Counted from the stretch's first letter, positions 17,639-27,989 are shown. The stretch is DNA of 64,000 nucleotides from Fibrobacterota bacterium (GCA_028287465.1 JAQBPO010000033.1:4688-68687); one strand, 5' to 3'. Notes: a model not told the origin generated them from the sequence alone. Translations and numbers: made by a program.

Positions 17639-18916
17639 ATGGAGAACCTGAATCCGGAAACCCTGGTCGAGGATCGCATCCTCGATTCCCTCTCTCCCGG
17701 CCCGCACGCGGCCTGGAAGGCTTCCGCCCATGCCCCGGCGCGGCCCCTCAAGATCCTGCAGGTGAGCCATGACCTGCATGCCGGCGGCCTGCAGCGCGTG
17801 GTCATCGATCTGGCGCAAGGCCTGCGGCGCCTGGGCCACGACGCGCATATCTGTTCCTTGCGCGGCACCGGCCCCCTGGAGGCCGAGATCCGCGGTCGCG
17901 GCATCCCGCTGTGGCCCATGCCCTGGCCGCAGACCGGCTCCGACCGGTGGATGTTCCTCAAGGTGCTGCGGCTGCTCAGGACGCAACGCTACGACGTCAT
18001 CCACACCCATAATACCCAGCCTTTCCTGGACGGAGGGCTGGCCGCCTTCCTCGCCCGCGTCCCCGTGCGCGTGCATACGGACCATGCGCGCGCCTTCCCG
18101 GACCGCCTGCGCTACATGGTCATGGAGAGGCTGATGTCCCATGGCTACGGCAAGGTGGTGGGCGTTTCCGCGCATACCGCCGACAACCTCCGCCGCTACG
18201 AGGGAATCGACTCCGCGCGGCTTTCCGTGATCCTCAACGGCATCGACGGCGCCTGGTACCGGGCGGAACGCGATCGCCTGGACGCGTCCCGCTTGCGCCG
18301 CGAGGCCGGGCTGGACCGGTTCGGCCGCGTCATCGGCCTGGGCGTGCGCCTGGAGGAACAGAAGGGGATCCGGTACCTGCTGGAGGCCATGCCTGCCATC
18401 CTGGCCCGCCACCCCGATACGGGCCTGGCGGTGGCGGGGACCGGCAGCCTGGGGGACGATCTCAAGGAGCGCGCGCGCGCCTTGGGGATCGCGGATAACG
18501 TCCGCTTCCTGGGCGCCTACCCGCAACTGACCCCGTTCTATCCCCTCATCGATATCTTCGTGCTCCCTTCCCTTTGGGAAGGCCTGCCCTTGTGCCTGCT
18601 GGAAGCCATGAGCCTGGGCCTCCCCATCGTCGCGACGCGCGTGGGCGGCGTGGGCGATCTGATCGAGGACGGCCGCACCGGCAGCCTGGCACCGCCCATG
18701 GACGCGGTCCCGCTGGCGGCCGCGGTGAACGCCTTGCTGGACGATCCCGGGCGCGCGGAGGCCATGGGCCTTGAAGCCCGGCGCGTGTTCGATGCCCGCT
18801 ACGACAGCGGGGTCATGGTGGACCGTTACCTGGAACTGTACCGGGAGCTCGACCCCAAAGGGAAAGCGGATCCGGGGCGGACAGGCCCGGGGAAGGGATC
18901 GGCGGGAACCGCATGA
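17639..18916 (+). CDS. Glycosyltransferase family 4
   Basis: GGLQRVV, IHTHN, RLEEQKG, FVLPSLWEGLPLCLLEAM; ATG 17639 after AGGA. Confidence 0.92.
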   Translation: MENLNPETLVEDRILDSLSPGPHAAWKASAHAPARPLKILQVSHDLHAGGLQRVVIDLAQGLRRLGHDAHICSLRGTGPLEAEIRGRGIPLWPMPWPQTGSDRWMFLKVLRLLRTQRYDVIHTHNTQPFLDGGLAAFLARVPVRVHTDHARAFPDRLRYMVMERLMSHGYGKVVGVSAHTADNLRRYEGIDSARLSVILNGIDGAWYRAERDRLDASRLRREAGLDRFGRVIGLGVRLEEQKGIRYLLEAMPAILARHPDTGLAVAGTGSLGDDLKERARALGIADNVRFLGAYPQLTPFYPLIDIFVLPSLWEGLPLCLLEAMSLGLPIVATRVGGVGDLIEDGRTGSLAPPMDAVPLAAAVNALLDDPGRAEAMGLEARRVFDARYDSGVMVDRYLELYRELDPKGKADPGRTGPGKGSAGTA

Positions 18917-20289
18917 GCGTTTACCGGATCGGTTTCTGGACCTTGATGGCCTACCTGCTCGTCGATTTCGGCCAGGTCCATCAGATGATACCGGGGCTTT
19001 CCCACCTGATGCCCGGCGCGATAACCACGGTCATCCTGCTGGCGCTCGTGCTGGTGGAACTGCCCCGCGGCCTCAATGCGCCCGGCGGGAGCTGGGTCCG
19101 CCCCGTGGTGATCTGGCGCGTGCTCTTCCTGGGGGCGATCGCCACCGGCCTGTTGCTGGCCGTCACCCAGGGGCGCGCCCTCATGGTCATCAAGACCGAG
19201 TTGCCGCGCTTCCTGACCGCCTTCCTGGGCGCATGCCTGTTCATCCGGCGCATGGAGGATCTGCGCGTGCTGCAGAACATGTTCATCGGCGTGGCCTTCA
19301 TGATTTCCGGATGGGTCATCTCCCATGGCGGCCACGGTCCGGGCCTTTACATAGACGAGAACGACGCCGCCCTGGTGCTGGTGATGCTGCTGCCCTTCTC
19401 CTGCATGAAGGTCTTCTCGGATACGGGCGGCGGGTTCAAGAAGGTCCTGATCCCCCTGGGGGTATTCCTCATCACCCTCACCGCCATCGGCCTTACCCTG
19501 TCGCGCGGCGGCATGGTGGGTTGCATGCCCGCCCTGGCCTTCTGCTGGCTCAAGAGCCGCAACAAGGCCTTGAGCCTGGCGCTGGGGGTCCTGGCCCTGA
19601 TGGTGGCCCTGGTCTTCGCGCCCAAGAACTTCACTTCCGAATTCGAGTCCATCGGCGACACCCATGAGAGCACGGCGGAAGCGCGCCGCTACTATTGGGA
19701 CCTCTCCGTGCAGATGTTCGAGAAGCGTCCCGTTTTCGGCGTGGGCGCGATGTGCTGGGGCAATGCGCTCTATTCCGGACTCTTGCCGAGTCCCGACCGG
19801 CGCGCGCATATGACGCCTCACTCCGTGTATTTCCAATTGCTGGCCGAGCTCGGGCTGGTGGGGATTTTCTGCTGGATGGGGTTCCTGGTGGCTACCTTTC
19901 GGGAGTTGCGGGAATTGCGGGGGGTCCGGCTTGAACAAGGCGCGCGCATGGTGATGGGGGACGATCCGGATCCGCGGGTGATGCGCCGCATGAGCATGGA
20001 CATCCGCTTCATCCGGTACTTTTCCGCCACTCTCGTCATCGGGATCATCGGATACCTGGTCAGCGGGGGATTCCTTTCGGTCCTGTTCTATCCCGGCATG
20101 GCCCTGTTCGCGGCCTTGAGCCAGGCCTCCGGACGGGTGTGGCGCACGGAACTCCTCGTTACGGCCATGCGATCCCGGAACGCCGCGGATCGCGCCGCCG
20201 ATCAAGAGGATGAGGATCGGTCGGAAGAGCGTAACGGCAGGATCGCTACGCCGCGCGCCGCGCTCGCCTTGGGCGGGGCCGAATCATGA
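18913..20289 (+). CDS. O-antigen ligase/polymerase (Wzy_C) family membrane protein
   Basis: Multiple TMs; DENDAAL, TLSRGG, R..YW....MFEKRPVFGVG, HSVYFQLLAELGLVG. Confidence 0.88.
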   Translation: MSVYRIGFWTLMAYLLVDFGQVHQMIPGLSHLMPGAITTVILLALVLVELPRGLNAPGGSWVRPVVIWRVLFLGAIATGLLLAVTQGRALMVIKTELPRFLTAFLGACLFIRRMEDLRVLQNMFIGVAFMISGWVISHGGHGPGLYIDENDAALVLVMLLPFSCMKVFSDTGGGFKKVLIPLGVFLITLTAIGLTLSRGGMVGCMPALAFCWLKSRNKALSLALGVLALMVALVFAPKNFTSEFESIGDTHESTAEARRYYWDLSVQMFEKRPVFGVGAMCWGNALYSGLLPSPDRRAHMTPHSVYFQLLAELGLVGIFCWMGFLVATFRELRELRGVRLEQGARMVMGDDPDPRVMRRMSMDIRFIRYFSATLVIGIIGYLVSGGFLSVLFYPGMALFAALSQASGRVWRTELLVTAMRSRNAADRAADQEDEDRSEERNGRIATPRAALALGGAES

Positions 20290-21761
20290 TCGCCGAAGGC
20301 AACCGCGAAAAGGTCGACGTCCGGCCCCTCGTTCCGCCCAGCATATTCGTGGGGGCGGGATGGCTCGCCACGTGCAAGCTGGGGTCCCAGATCTTCTCCT
20401 GGATCGGCACGTTTTACGTCGCGTCCCACCTCTTGCCCGCTGATTACGGCCTCTCCAACCTGTCCACCGCCTTCACCGAATTCGCCGTGATCCTGACCAA
20501 CCTGGGCATCGGCACCACCTTGGTGCAGCGTCAGGAGGTCGATCGCGACAAGGCGGACACGCTTTTCACCGCCACCATCATGCTGGGGCTGTTGCTGGCG
20601 CTTTCGGCCCTGGGCCTTTCCTATTTCGGCTCCTGGTATTTCCGGAATCCCGATCTGGTGGCCCTCACCCAGTTCACGGCGGTCATCTACATCCTCAGTT
20701 CGCTCACCATAGTGCCCTACAACTTCCTCAACCGGGACATGCGCTTCAAGGAGCGCGGCCTGCTGGACATGTACAGCGTGGTCGCGTCCATTTCGGCGCA
20801 GATGCTGATGGCCTACCTGGGGATGGGCGTATGGACCCTGCTCTGGGGATCGGCCATCCGCTTCCTGGTGCGCCTCGGCCTGGCCTTCTGGTACTCCGGC
20901 TACAAGCCCAGGATCCATTTCCGGTATTCCCTGCTCAAGGAGGATCTCGGCTTCTCCGCCCAGCTCACCCTCAACTGGTTCCTGTTCGTCCTGAAGGAAC
21001 GCAGCATCCCCATCATCATGGGACGCGCCTATTCGGTTTCGCAATTGGGGCTGCTTGGATTCGCGGGCAGCCTGTCCGGCATCCCCAACCTCAAGATCGT
21101 GCAGTTGTTGCGCGAAGTGCTCCTGCCCCTGCTGGCCAAACGGGCCCATTCCCCCGCGGCCCAGTTGAGCGGTCTGGGCACCGCCCTCAAGGTCATGGTC
21201 CTGCTCGTCCTGCCCCTCTATTTCTGCGGTTGGTATTACGGCCAGGATACCCTCGCGTGCATCCTGCCGGAAAAATGGTCGCCCATGTTCCCGCTCTTCG
21301 AGGTATTGTGCCTGGTGCAGATGTGGAACGTCCTGGCCAGCATCGTTTCCATCTACAATACCGCCCAGGGGAAGCCTTCGAAGTCCACCTGGTTCGAACT
21401 GGGCATGGCCATCATCGTTCCCGGCGCGACCTTCGCCTTCCGCTACCTGGACCTGTTCCACCTGGCCCATATGTGGTCCGGCCTCGGGGCGGTGGTCTTC
21501 ATCGGGTGGTTCGCCTGGCAATTCCGGACCGAGGGGGCCTTCGTCAGGCGCTTCCTGGGCCAATTGCTTTCCGTGGTCGTCATCTGCGCGGCCCTGTTCT
21601 GCGTGGACAATATGATCGCCCCCTTCTCCACGGTCCAGATGGGCCGCAACGGAGCGGCCTGGGCCACCTTGGCCGCGCGAGTCGCATTGTTCCTTTCCGG
21701 TTACGGGCTTTACCTGAAGCTGGCCCACTGGGACTTCCTGATCGGATTGCGCAAGAAATAA
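20286..21761 (+). CDS. Wzx-type oligosaccharide flippase
   Basis: Many TMs; LLPADYGL, LGIGTTLVQR, LNRDMRFK, GMGVWTL. Confidence 0.88.
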   Translation: MIAEGNREKVDVRPLVPPSIFVGAGWLATCKLGSQIFSWIGTFYVASHLLPADYGLSNLSTAFTEFAVILTNLGIGTTLVQRQEVDRDKADTLFTATIMLGLLLALSALGLSYFGSWYFRNPDLVALTQFTAVIYILSSLTIVPYNFLNRDMRFKERGLLDMYSVVASISAQMLMAYLGMGVWTLLWGSAIRFLVRLGLAFWYSGYKPRIHFRYSLLKEDLGFSAQLTLNWFLFVLKERSIPIIMGRAYSVSQLGLLGFAGSLSGIPNLKIVQLLREVLLPLLAKRAHSPAAQLSGLGTALKVMVLLVLPLYFCGWYYGQDTLACILPEKWSPMFPLFEVLCLVQMWNVLASIVSIYNTAQGKPSKSTWFELGMAIIVPGATFAFRYLDLFHLAHMWSGLGAVVFIGWFAWQFRTEGAFVRRFLGQLLSVVVICAALFCVDNMIAPFSTVQMGRNGAAWATLAARVALFLSGYGLYLKLAHWDFLIGLRKK

Positions 21762-21873
21762 CCCCCGGGGCCCCGGATCCCCATCCGCGGGTTGCCGGAC
21801 GCCCTCCCGCCGGTTATTTTCCCCCCTGGTAAATCAGGATCGCCGCGAGGGAACGCAGCGGAAAGGAGACGGG

Positions 21874-22524
21874 ATGAACATCGCGATACTCGGAACGGGC
21901 ATGGTCGGCGCCACCATCGGGACCAAGATGATCCAGCTGGGGCACAAGGTGAGAATGGGCTCGCGTTCCGCCGGGAACGAGAAGGCGCTGGAATGGGTGA
22001 AGGCCGCCGGCGCCGATGCGTCCCAGGGAACCTTCGCGGATGCGGCCGCTTTCGGCGAGCTCGCCTTCAACTGCACGTCCGGGATGGGATCCCTGGAAGC
22101 CCTCGGACAGGCCGGCGCCGCCAACCTCAAGGGCAAGATCCTCATCGACGTCTCCAATCCCCTGGACTTCTCCAAAGGCATGCCTCCCACCTTGAATCCC
22201 TGCAATACGGATTCCCTGGGGGAGCGGATCCAGAAGGCCTTCCCGGAGGCGAAGGTGGTCAAGGCCCTCAATACCATGAACGCCCTCCTGATGGTGAACC
22301 CGGCCCAATTGGCCGGCGGGGATCATTCGGCGTTCATGTGCGGCAACGACGCGGAGGCCAAGGCCAAGGTGCAGGACCTGCTCAAGCAGGGCTTCGGCTG
22401 GAAGGACGTGGTCGATCTGGGGGATATCACCGCGGCGAGGGGACAGGAAATGATCCTGCCGATCTGGCTGCGGTTATGGGGCGGGCTCAAGACCCCTAAT
22501 TTCAATTTCAAGATCGTCCGTTAG
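21874..22524 (+). CDS. NADP oxidoreductase, F420-dependent family (dinucleotide-binding)
   Basis: MNIAILGTGMVG, GSR, LIDVSNPL, VVKALNT, CGND, DLGDI; SD AAGGAG. Confidence 0.9.
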   Translation: MNIAILGTGMVGATIGTKMIQLGHKVRMGSRSAGNEKALEWVKAAGADASQGTFADAAAFGELAFNCTSGMGSLEALGQAGAANLKGKILIDVSNPLDFSKGMPPTLNPCNTDSLGERIQKAFPEAKVVKALNTMNALLMVNPAQLAGGDHSAFMCGNDAEAKAKVQDLLKQGFGWKDVVDLGDITAARGQEMILPIWLRLWGGLKTPNFNFKIVR

Positions 22525-22534
22525 CGCAAGTCTC

Positions 22535-22568
22535 CGGCATGGCGGCATGCCGGTATGCCGCCATGCCG
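22535..22568. repeat. 14-bp-stem inverted repeat built from 8-nt units, between convergent genes
   Basis: CGGCATGGCGGCAT-GCCGGT-ATGCCGCCATGCCG; no U-tract. Confidence 0.65.
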
Positions 22569-22617
22569 CCGTTCCGGGTGCCTGCAGGGCTCCGGCGGCC
22601 CTCCTACGTCCCGCGGT

Positions 22618-23241
22618 TCACCGTTTGTACTTCCAGTTGTATTCCTTGCCTTCGGCCATCCAGGCGAGGGCCGTGGCCAGGCGCTTGGCGCGCGTTTCGT
22701 CCGTCTTCGCGTCCGTAAGCCACTCCAGGTATTCGCGCTGCTTGCCGGGGGTGAACGCCTGGTAGACCGCCTTGGCCGCCTTGTCCTTGCCCAGGGCCGC
22801 CAGGAACCACGCCGGCGCCTTGATGGGCGCCTTCGGCTTGGCCGCCTTGCCCCGGGTAGGGGATTTGATCCCTTGGTCATTCAGCTTCATGGCGGCCTTG
22901 ATGTAGCCGAGCAGGGCCTTGTCGCCCGGGAGATCAGTAACCTTGGTGATACGGCCGAACTGGCCCATGCCTTCTTCCTTGGCCGGAGCGCCTTTCCCGC
23001 CGGTGGGCTTCCCCACGACCAGGGCCCCTTTCCAGAATCCGAATCCGGCATGGGTCTTGAAGGCGGCCATGCCGCAGAGGATTTCGCCGCCGTAGAGGAA
23101 GTGGGGCATGCCCCACTTAAGGGTCTCTTCCGCCTCCGGGCATCCCTGATGCACGAGCTTGCGCAGGTGGGCCAGGATCGGTTTCGCGAAATCCGCGGAT
23201 TTGGCGATGAAGGCGTCGATACGGGGGTCTTTGCCGGCCAA
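22618..23241 (-). CDS. YdeI/OmpD-associated family protein (DUF1801 + OmdA-like domain)
   Basis: TTG start 23241 after GGGAG; DPRIDAFI, EETLKWGMPHF, FTPGKQREYLEWLTDAKTDETRAKR. Confidence 0.88.
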   Translation of the reverse strand: MAGKDPRIDAFIAKSADFAKPILAHLRKLVHQGCPEAEETLKWGMPHFLYGGEILCGMAAFKTHAGFGFWKGALVVGKPTGGKGAPAKEEGMGQFGRITKVTDLPGDKALLGYIKAAMKLNDQGIKSPTRGKAAKPKAPIKAPAWFLAALGKDKAAKAVYQAFTPGKQREYLEWLTDAKTDETRAKRLATALAWMAEGKEYNWKYKR

Positions 23242-23255
23242 ATGAGGCTCCCGGG

Positions 23256-23573
23256 CTATTTCAACGTATTGGTCTTGATCTTGAAATGGAGGCCGCTTTC
23301 CATGAAGAGCACGCCTTCCTTGATCGGCAGGTAGCCCGCGGGGAAATGGGGCTTGAAGGACTCGGACAGGAACCATACCGTATCATTGGCGTAACGGTAG
23401 CTCCCTTGCGCCTTGAGGTTCTCCCGCACCACCACGAAGCCGTATTCGGCGCGGCCGTCGCGGTACAGGCGGATGAATTCATTGCCGACGGGGGCCGAGC
23501 GCTCGGCCACCAGCACCGGGGCCTGTTTGCATCCGGCCAGGGCCAGGATGGCGGCGAGGATCAAGGCTTTCAT
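23256..23573 (-). CDS. Hypothetical lipoprotein
   Basis: MKALILAAILALAGC lipobox; protein-like composition. Confidence 0.75.
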   Translation of the reverse strand: MKALILAAILALAGCKQAPVLVAERSAPVGNEFIRLYRDGRAEYGFVVVRENLKAQGSYRYANDTVWFLSESFKPHFPAGYLPIKEGVLFMESGLHFKIKTNTLK

Positions 23574-23628
23574 AAGGGGAAAAATAGTCAAACCGGGCGC
23601 GGCAGGGAGCGCGCCCGGAGGAAGGGGA

Positions 23629-24681
23629 TCAGAGGATCGAGGTGGCCAGGGTGAAAACGCGCTTCAAGGTCGTGGAAACCGTGGAAGCGGGGCGGGATCC
23701 CGGAACCGGTTCGGGCGAACCCGGGATCGGCAGGGGCCTGGAACTGGAGAGGGGATCTAGGCGTCCCAAATGGGGGACGGTCCGGTTCAACATGGAGCGC
23801 ATGCGCATGGCGGTCCATTTCCCCAGGATGACCAGGCAGATCAGGCGATCTTTCGGGCCCAGCGGCACCCGCGCGATGGATTTCCAGTACCCTATGGCGC
23901 GGGTCAAAGTCGGGTAATTCCCTCCGCTATGGTTGGCGTTGAACCAGACGCGCCGATCCTTGGCCGAGGGGAATTGGCGCGTGGACGTGCCCGGATGGTC
24001 GCGGCGCAGGAACAGGAATCCGGGGATCTCATGGAAAGGCCCGTATAGGGCGAGCTCCGCCAGGAGATTCCGGTCCGAGCCCACGAAATCGCCCATCAGG
24101 CCGGTCCGGCGCAAGAGGCGGGTGCGGATCACGCCGAAGATGGAAAAGCATGCATGGTCCACGTTGATCAGATCGTCGAAACGCACGCCCGTGTCCGGGG
24201 AACTGGTGCGCAGCCTGGTGCCGTACTCGCAGATGACCTCGCCGACGGGATCGATGATCAGGGTGCGCGGATAGCACAGCACCACTTCGGGCCTATCCTG
24301 CATTACGGCCACGCACTGTTCCAGCAGCTCCGGGGCGCATACGTCGTCGTGGGCGGTCCAGCGGAAAAGCGGCCCTTCGGCATAGGTGAAGACGCGGTTG
24401 AAATTCCAGGTGGCGCCGTGGTTCACCGCTTCCCGGTAATACCGGATGCGGGGCTCGCGGGCCGCGTATTCGCGGCAGATGGCTTCCGTGGCATCCGTCG
24501 AACCGTTATCGGAGATGATCAATTCCCAGGCGGGATAGGTTTGCGCGAGGACGGAGTCGAGGGCTTCCCTCAGGAAATTCTCCCCGTTGTATACCGGGAG
24601 GCCCAGGCTTACCAGGGGTTTGGAGTCCGGGGACTTCACTCGGTCGCGCGCTTCGTTCGCCATAGCGGATTGCAAAGACAT
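23629..24681 (-). CDS. Glycosyltransferase family 2
   Basis: PLVSLGLPVYNGENFL, ISDNGSTD, WTAHDD; start could be 24663. Confidence 0.92.
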   Translation of the reverse strand: MSLQSAMANEARDRVKSPDSKPLVSLGLPVYNGENFLREALDSVLAQTYPAWELIISDNGSTDATEAICREYAAREPRIRYYREAVNHGATWNFNRVFTYAEGPLFRWTAHDDVCAPELLEQCVAVMQDRPEVVLCYPRTLIIDPVGEVICEYGTRLRTSSPDTGVRFDDLINVDHACFSIFGVIRTRLLRRTGLMGDFVGSDRNLLAELALYGPFHEIPGFLFLRRDHPGTSTRQFPSAKDRRVWFNANHSGGNYPTLTRAIGYWKSIARVPLGPKDRLICLVILGKWTAMRMRSMLNRTVPHLGRLDPLSSSRPLPIPGSPEPVPGSRPASTVSTTLKRVFTLATSIL

Positions 24682-24889
24682 GGGGCACTCCCTGGGACTC
24701 GCGGGTGTCGATCCCGATACTCAAACAATATTCCGGCCCTCGCCAAGTCAATCGGCGGCTCGCTGCCGAACCGGGCGGAACCTGGTAAATTTGGCATTCT
24801 GCGCCACCACCCCCCGGACTTGGCCTGATTTCCTCATTATCTTCCGCGTAAAGATTGTCCCCGCCCTTTCCGGCCCGTATCTTCTTTCC

Positions 24890-26065
24890 ATGCCATCCGG
24901 ACCCCTTTTCCCTTCGGCCTCCTGGGCCCCGCGCCTGGCCCTGCTCGCGGCCCTGCTCTTGCCCCTGGGAAGCGCGGAAGCGCAGATCCAATACCGATCC
25001 GATTTCGAGGACGAGGACCCGGCCTGCTTTTCGGATCGGCCCGCCGCCGGTTGCAAAGGCTGGATGGGGATCCACGACGATGCCATCTCCCTCTGCCAAT
25101 GGGAGTACGGGCATTCCGGGCGGCAATGCCTGCGCCTCAATTTCACGAAGAACGAGGATTACGGCGGGACGTGGCGCAAGGCCGACACCCGCCATATCTT
25201 CACCCGCTTCTACGATTACTACGACGAAGGGTTCGACTTCGCCGCGGGCATGAAGATCCACCGCCTGTCCGGCTTCAACGAAGCCAAGCAGGTCAATGAT
25301 TTCGATATCATCCTGCAGCTGAAGGCGGATGCGCCCAACGCCGATTATTGCGGCCTGACGGACGCAAAATACCTGGCCCTCTCCTTCAATGGCGGGCCCG
25401 TGGATTGGGGCAGCGTCGAGGTGCGCTGGACCCCCGAACGCAAACGTTGGTACGCCATCGAGACCGAGATCAAGCTGAACACGCCCGGCTCCTCGGACGG
25501 AGAGGTGCGCATCTGGATCGACGGGCGCAAGATGGCCGAGAAGACGGGAATGAACCTGACGGCGGGCGTGTCGTCGCCAATCAACCGGGTCCTGTTCGGG
25601 GGATGGTATTCCAACGCGGCGGCGGGGAAGAATCCCTGCCCCAACCCGGTCGGTCCCTCGCGCCGGTACGTGGACGATCCCGCGGTCTCGGGGTCGTATA
25701 TCGGTCCCATCCCTACGATAACCCTCGGGCCGTCCCCCGGGACGCGCACCCTATCCCTGGTGCTTCCCGCTCCCGGTACCCTGAAGGTCGAGTTCGGCAA
25801 GGATGCCGGCTACGGTCTGGCCACGCCCTCCGCCGCTTCCCCCAACGGCGTCCACACCGCGGTGCTGACCGGACTGGACACCAATCGCGCCTATCATTAC
25901 CGGGTCAAGAGCGTTTTCAATACGGGATACGAATACGTTTCGCCGGACTACACCTTCTCCACCTCCGCAGCCGCGTCCCTTCCGCCCATCCCGGTCCCGC
26001 CCGCGCGGAAACCCAGGACGCCCCGGAACCTGAGGGCTCACGAGTACGATCCCATCCCGGACTGA
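24890..26065 (+). CDS. Secreted polysaccharide-lyase-like beta-sandwich protein with C-terminal Fn3-like domain
   Basis: Signal peptide ...AEA/Q; DFE start, GMKIHR, WYAIETEIKLNTPGSSDGEVRIWIDG, YVDD; HTAVLTGLDTNRAYHYRVKS. Confidence 0.65.
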   Translation: MPSGPLFPSASWAPRLALLAALLLPLGSAEAQIQYRSDFEDEDPACFSDRPAAGCKGWMGIHDDAISLCQWEYGHSGRQCLRLNFTKNEDYGGTWRKADTRHIFTRFYDYYDEGFDFAAGMKIHRLSGFNEAKQVNDFDIILQLKADAPNADYCGLTDAKYLALSFNGGPVDWGSVEVRWTPERKRWYAIETEIKLNTPGSSDGEVRIWIDGRKMAEKTGMNLTAGVSSPINRVLFGGWYSNAAAGKNPCPNPVGPSRRYVDDPAVSGSYIGPIPTITLGPSPGTRTLSLVLPAPGTLKVEFGKDAGYGLATPSAASPNGVHTAVLTGLDTNRAYHYRVKSVFNTGYEYVSPDYTFSTSAAASLPPIPVPPARKPRTPRNLRAHEYDPIPD

Positions 26066-26130
26066 TTCGGATGATTGGGGACCGTCAGCCTCCGCCCCAG
26101 CTCCGGAACGGCCTGACGGGACGAACGCAC

Positions 26131-27261
26131 CTAGCGGGACGGCCTCAGGGTAGAAAGCCTGGTTTCCAGTTCCGCCAGGCTCGCGTCCCATTCCGCCGAA
26201 CGCCGGGCGAAAAGGGAACGCACGCCTTCGCGCAGGCGCGGCAGGTCCGCTCCGAGCCCGCGCAGGCGGGCTTCCAGGTCATCGGCGGAACCGTCCGTAT
26301 ACACGCAACCGGAATCGAAATAGGCCCGCAGGGCCGCGGAGTCTCCCAAGATCAGCGGCTTGCCCATCACCACGCCTTCATACCCGCCGCAAACCAGGGT
26401 CGCGGCCCGGGTGGTCACGGCCATCACCGCATCGCTTCCCGCCATCAAGGCGAAATAATCCCGATCGCTCAGGAAGCCGGTGGGGATGAAATTCGCCGGC
26501 GCGTCCCGCAGCATGCGGGCATAGGCCGGCTTGACCTTGCCCGTGATGCGCACGATGACCTCGCCTTGCAACCGGCGGCAGGCCTCGATGGCCTGCTCTA
26601 TCGGCTCATCGAAGGCCCAGGAGGAAACGAACAGGATTTCCTTCGGGGCGCCTTCGGGTCGCGGCTCCGGAAAACGCCCGTCCCAATGCGCCCGCAGATC
26701 CGGGAATGGATCCGGCAGGACGAATCCCTTGCCGCCCGCGCGTTCGACATGGCGGCGCAATTCCTCATTGGTCACGATGGTCAGGTCCGCGTTCCGCAAG
26801 GTATAGTCGCTCAGGAGATCGGATAGGCGCCGCCTCAGGCCCGCCCCGGCTCCCGCCAGATGGGCGAAATTGCTGTGCCGGTCCACCACCAGGGAATACC
26901 CGTACGCCCGTTTGACCAAGCAGGCCAGGGCCGCCAGGATCATGGAGGGATTCTGCGCCACCACGGTCTTGCCGCGCTGCGCGCTCAATTCCGCCAGGGT
27001 CTTGCGGATGGACAGGGGGTAACGTTTCCAGCCTCGATCTTCGTCCAGGCACAGGAGGAGGCGCGCCCCCAGGCGCTTCGCCAGGTTCAAGGATCGCCGC
27101 TGGGACTCCCACGCGATCCATATCCTGTCCGTGCCTCCGGAGCGTTCCGGGGCGGACGGGCCGGGTGATAATTCATTGTCCGTGAACCGCTGCGGCCCGG
27201 CGGGAAGGGAAGCGTCCGCCTGGAGGGAAGCCGATTCGACTCGGGTGTTCCCGGAATTCAC
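26131..27261 (-). CDS. Glycosyltransferase (GT4/GT-B fold)
   Basis: IWIAWESQRRS, QNPS, VDRHS, SWAFDEP, TGFLSDRDY, GYEGVVMGKP; GTGA overlap with the methyltransferase. Confidence 0.82.
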   Translation of the reverse strand: MNSGNTRVESASLQADASLPAGPQRFTDNELSPGPSAPERSGGTDRIWIAWESQRRSLNLAKRLGARLLLCLDEDRGWKRYPLSIRKTLAELSAQRGKTVVAQNPSMILAALACLVKRAYGYSLVVDRHSNFAHLAGAGAGLRRRLSDLLSDYTLRNADLTIVTNEELRRHVERAGGKGFVLPDPFPDLRAHWDGRFPEPRPEGAPKEILFVSSWAFDEPIEQAIEACRRLQGEVIVRITGKVKPAYARMLRDAPANFIPTGFLSDRDYFALMAGSDAVMAVTTRAATLVCGGYEGVVMGKPLILGDSAALRAYFDSGCVYTDGSADDLEARLRGLGADLPRLREGVRSLFARRSAEWDASLAELETRLSTLRPSR

Positions 27262-27989
27262 AAGCGGAACCTCTTTCCCAGGGTATTGTACCAGCCCCAG
27301 ATCCGGCGGTGCTGTCCCAAATCGACCAGGGAGGAGATATCGCGGTCGGCGCTGCCGATCCAGATGCCGCCGGAATAGCGGCGGTAATCCTGGAAGAAGA
27401 TCTGGTGCGGGAAGAGTTCCCAAGGCTTATGCAGGAAATCCCGGTTCGCATCATGCAGGACCACCACCCCGCCTTCGGCGAGCAGGTAGCGCGCCTGGCG
27501 GAGGCAGGCCTCGCGGGCGCGTCCGTCCACCAGGATGAAATCGAATTCGCCCAAGCGGGCGGGATATTCCACGTACTCGCGGAAGTCGCCATAGGTCCCG
27601 TCGCCGTTTCCGGGGGACCAGGGATCCTTTTCCGGCGGCACGGCGTGTATGGTCACGTTTTCCGGGACTTCACCGCGGATGCGGTCGGCCCATTGGGCGT
27701 CATGCTCGATGGCGGTCCACTCCCCTCCCGGCGGCAGGAGGCGGGAGAAATGCGAGGTGCCGTATCCGGCGCCCCATTCGAGGGCGCGGAGCGGCTTCAG
27801 GGCCGTAAGCAACTCCTCCATGATGCGGATTTCGCGGTATTTCATCCAGGGCTTCCGCACGGGCTTGCGCAGGATATGTTCCATGACCTTGTCCCGGTAT
27901 TCCCGGACGGCTTGGTCCAGGAACACATGCAAGGGTTTGGCGCTGGAGCGCCGCGGCGCGACTAATACGGGATTGGTTTCCGTGGTCAT
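27258..27989 (-). CDS. Class I SAM-dependent methyltransferase
   Basis: ATG 27989 with SD AGGAGG; ALEWGAGYGT, AIEHD, FDFILVDGRAR, GGVVVLHDA. Confidence 0.88.
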   Translation of the reverse strand: MTTETNPVLVAPRRSSAKPLHVFLDQAVREYRDKVMEHILRKPVRKPWMKYREIRIMEELLTALKPLRALEWGAGYGTSHFSRLLPPGGEWTAIEHDAQWADRIRGEVPENVTIHAVPPEKDPWSPGNGDGTYGDFREYVEYPARLGEFDFILVDGRAREACLRQARYLLAEGGVVVLHDANRDFLHKPWELFPHQIFFQDYRRYSGGIWIGSADRDISSLVDLGQHRRIWGWYNTLGKRFRL

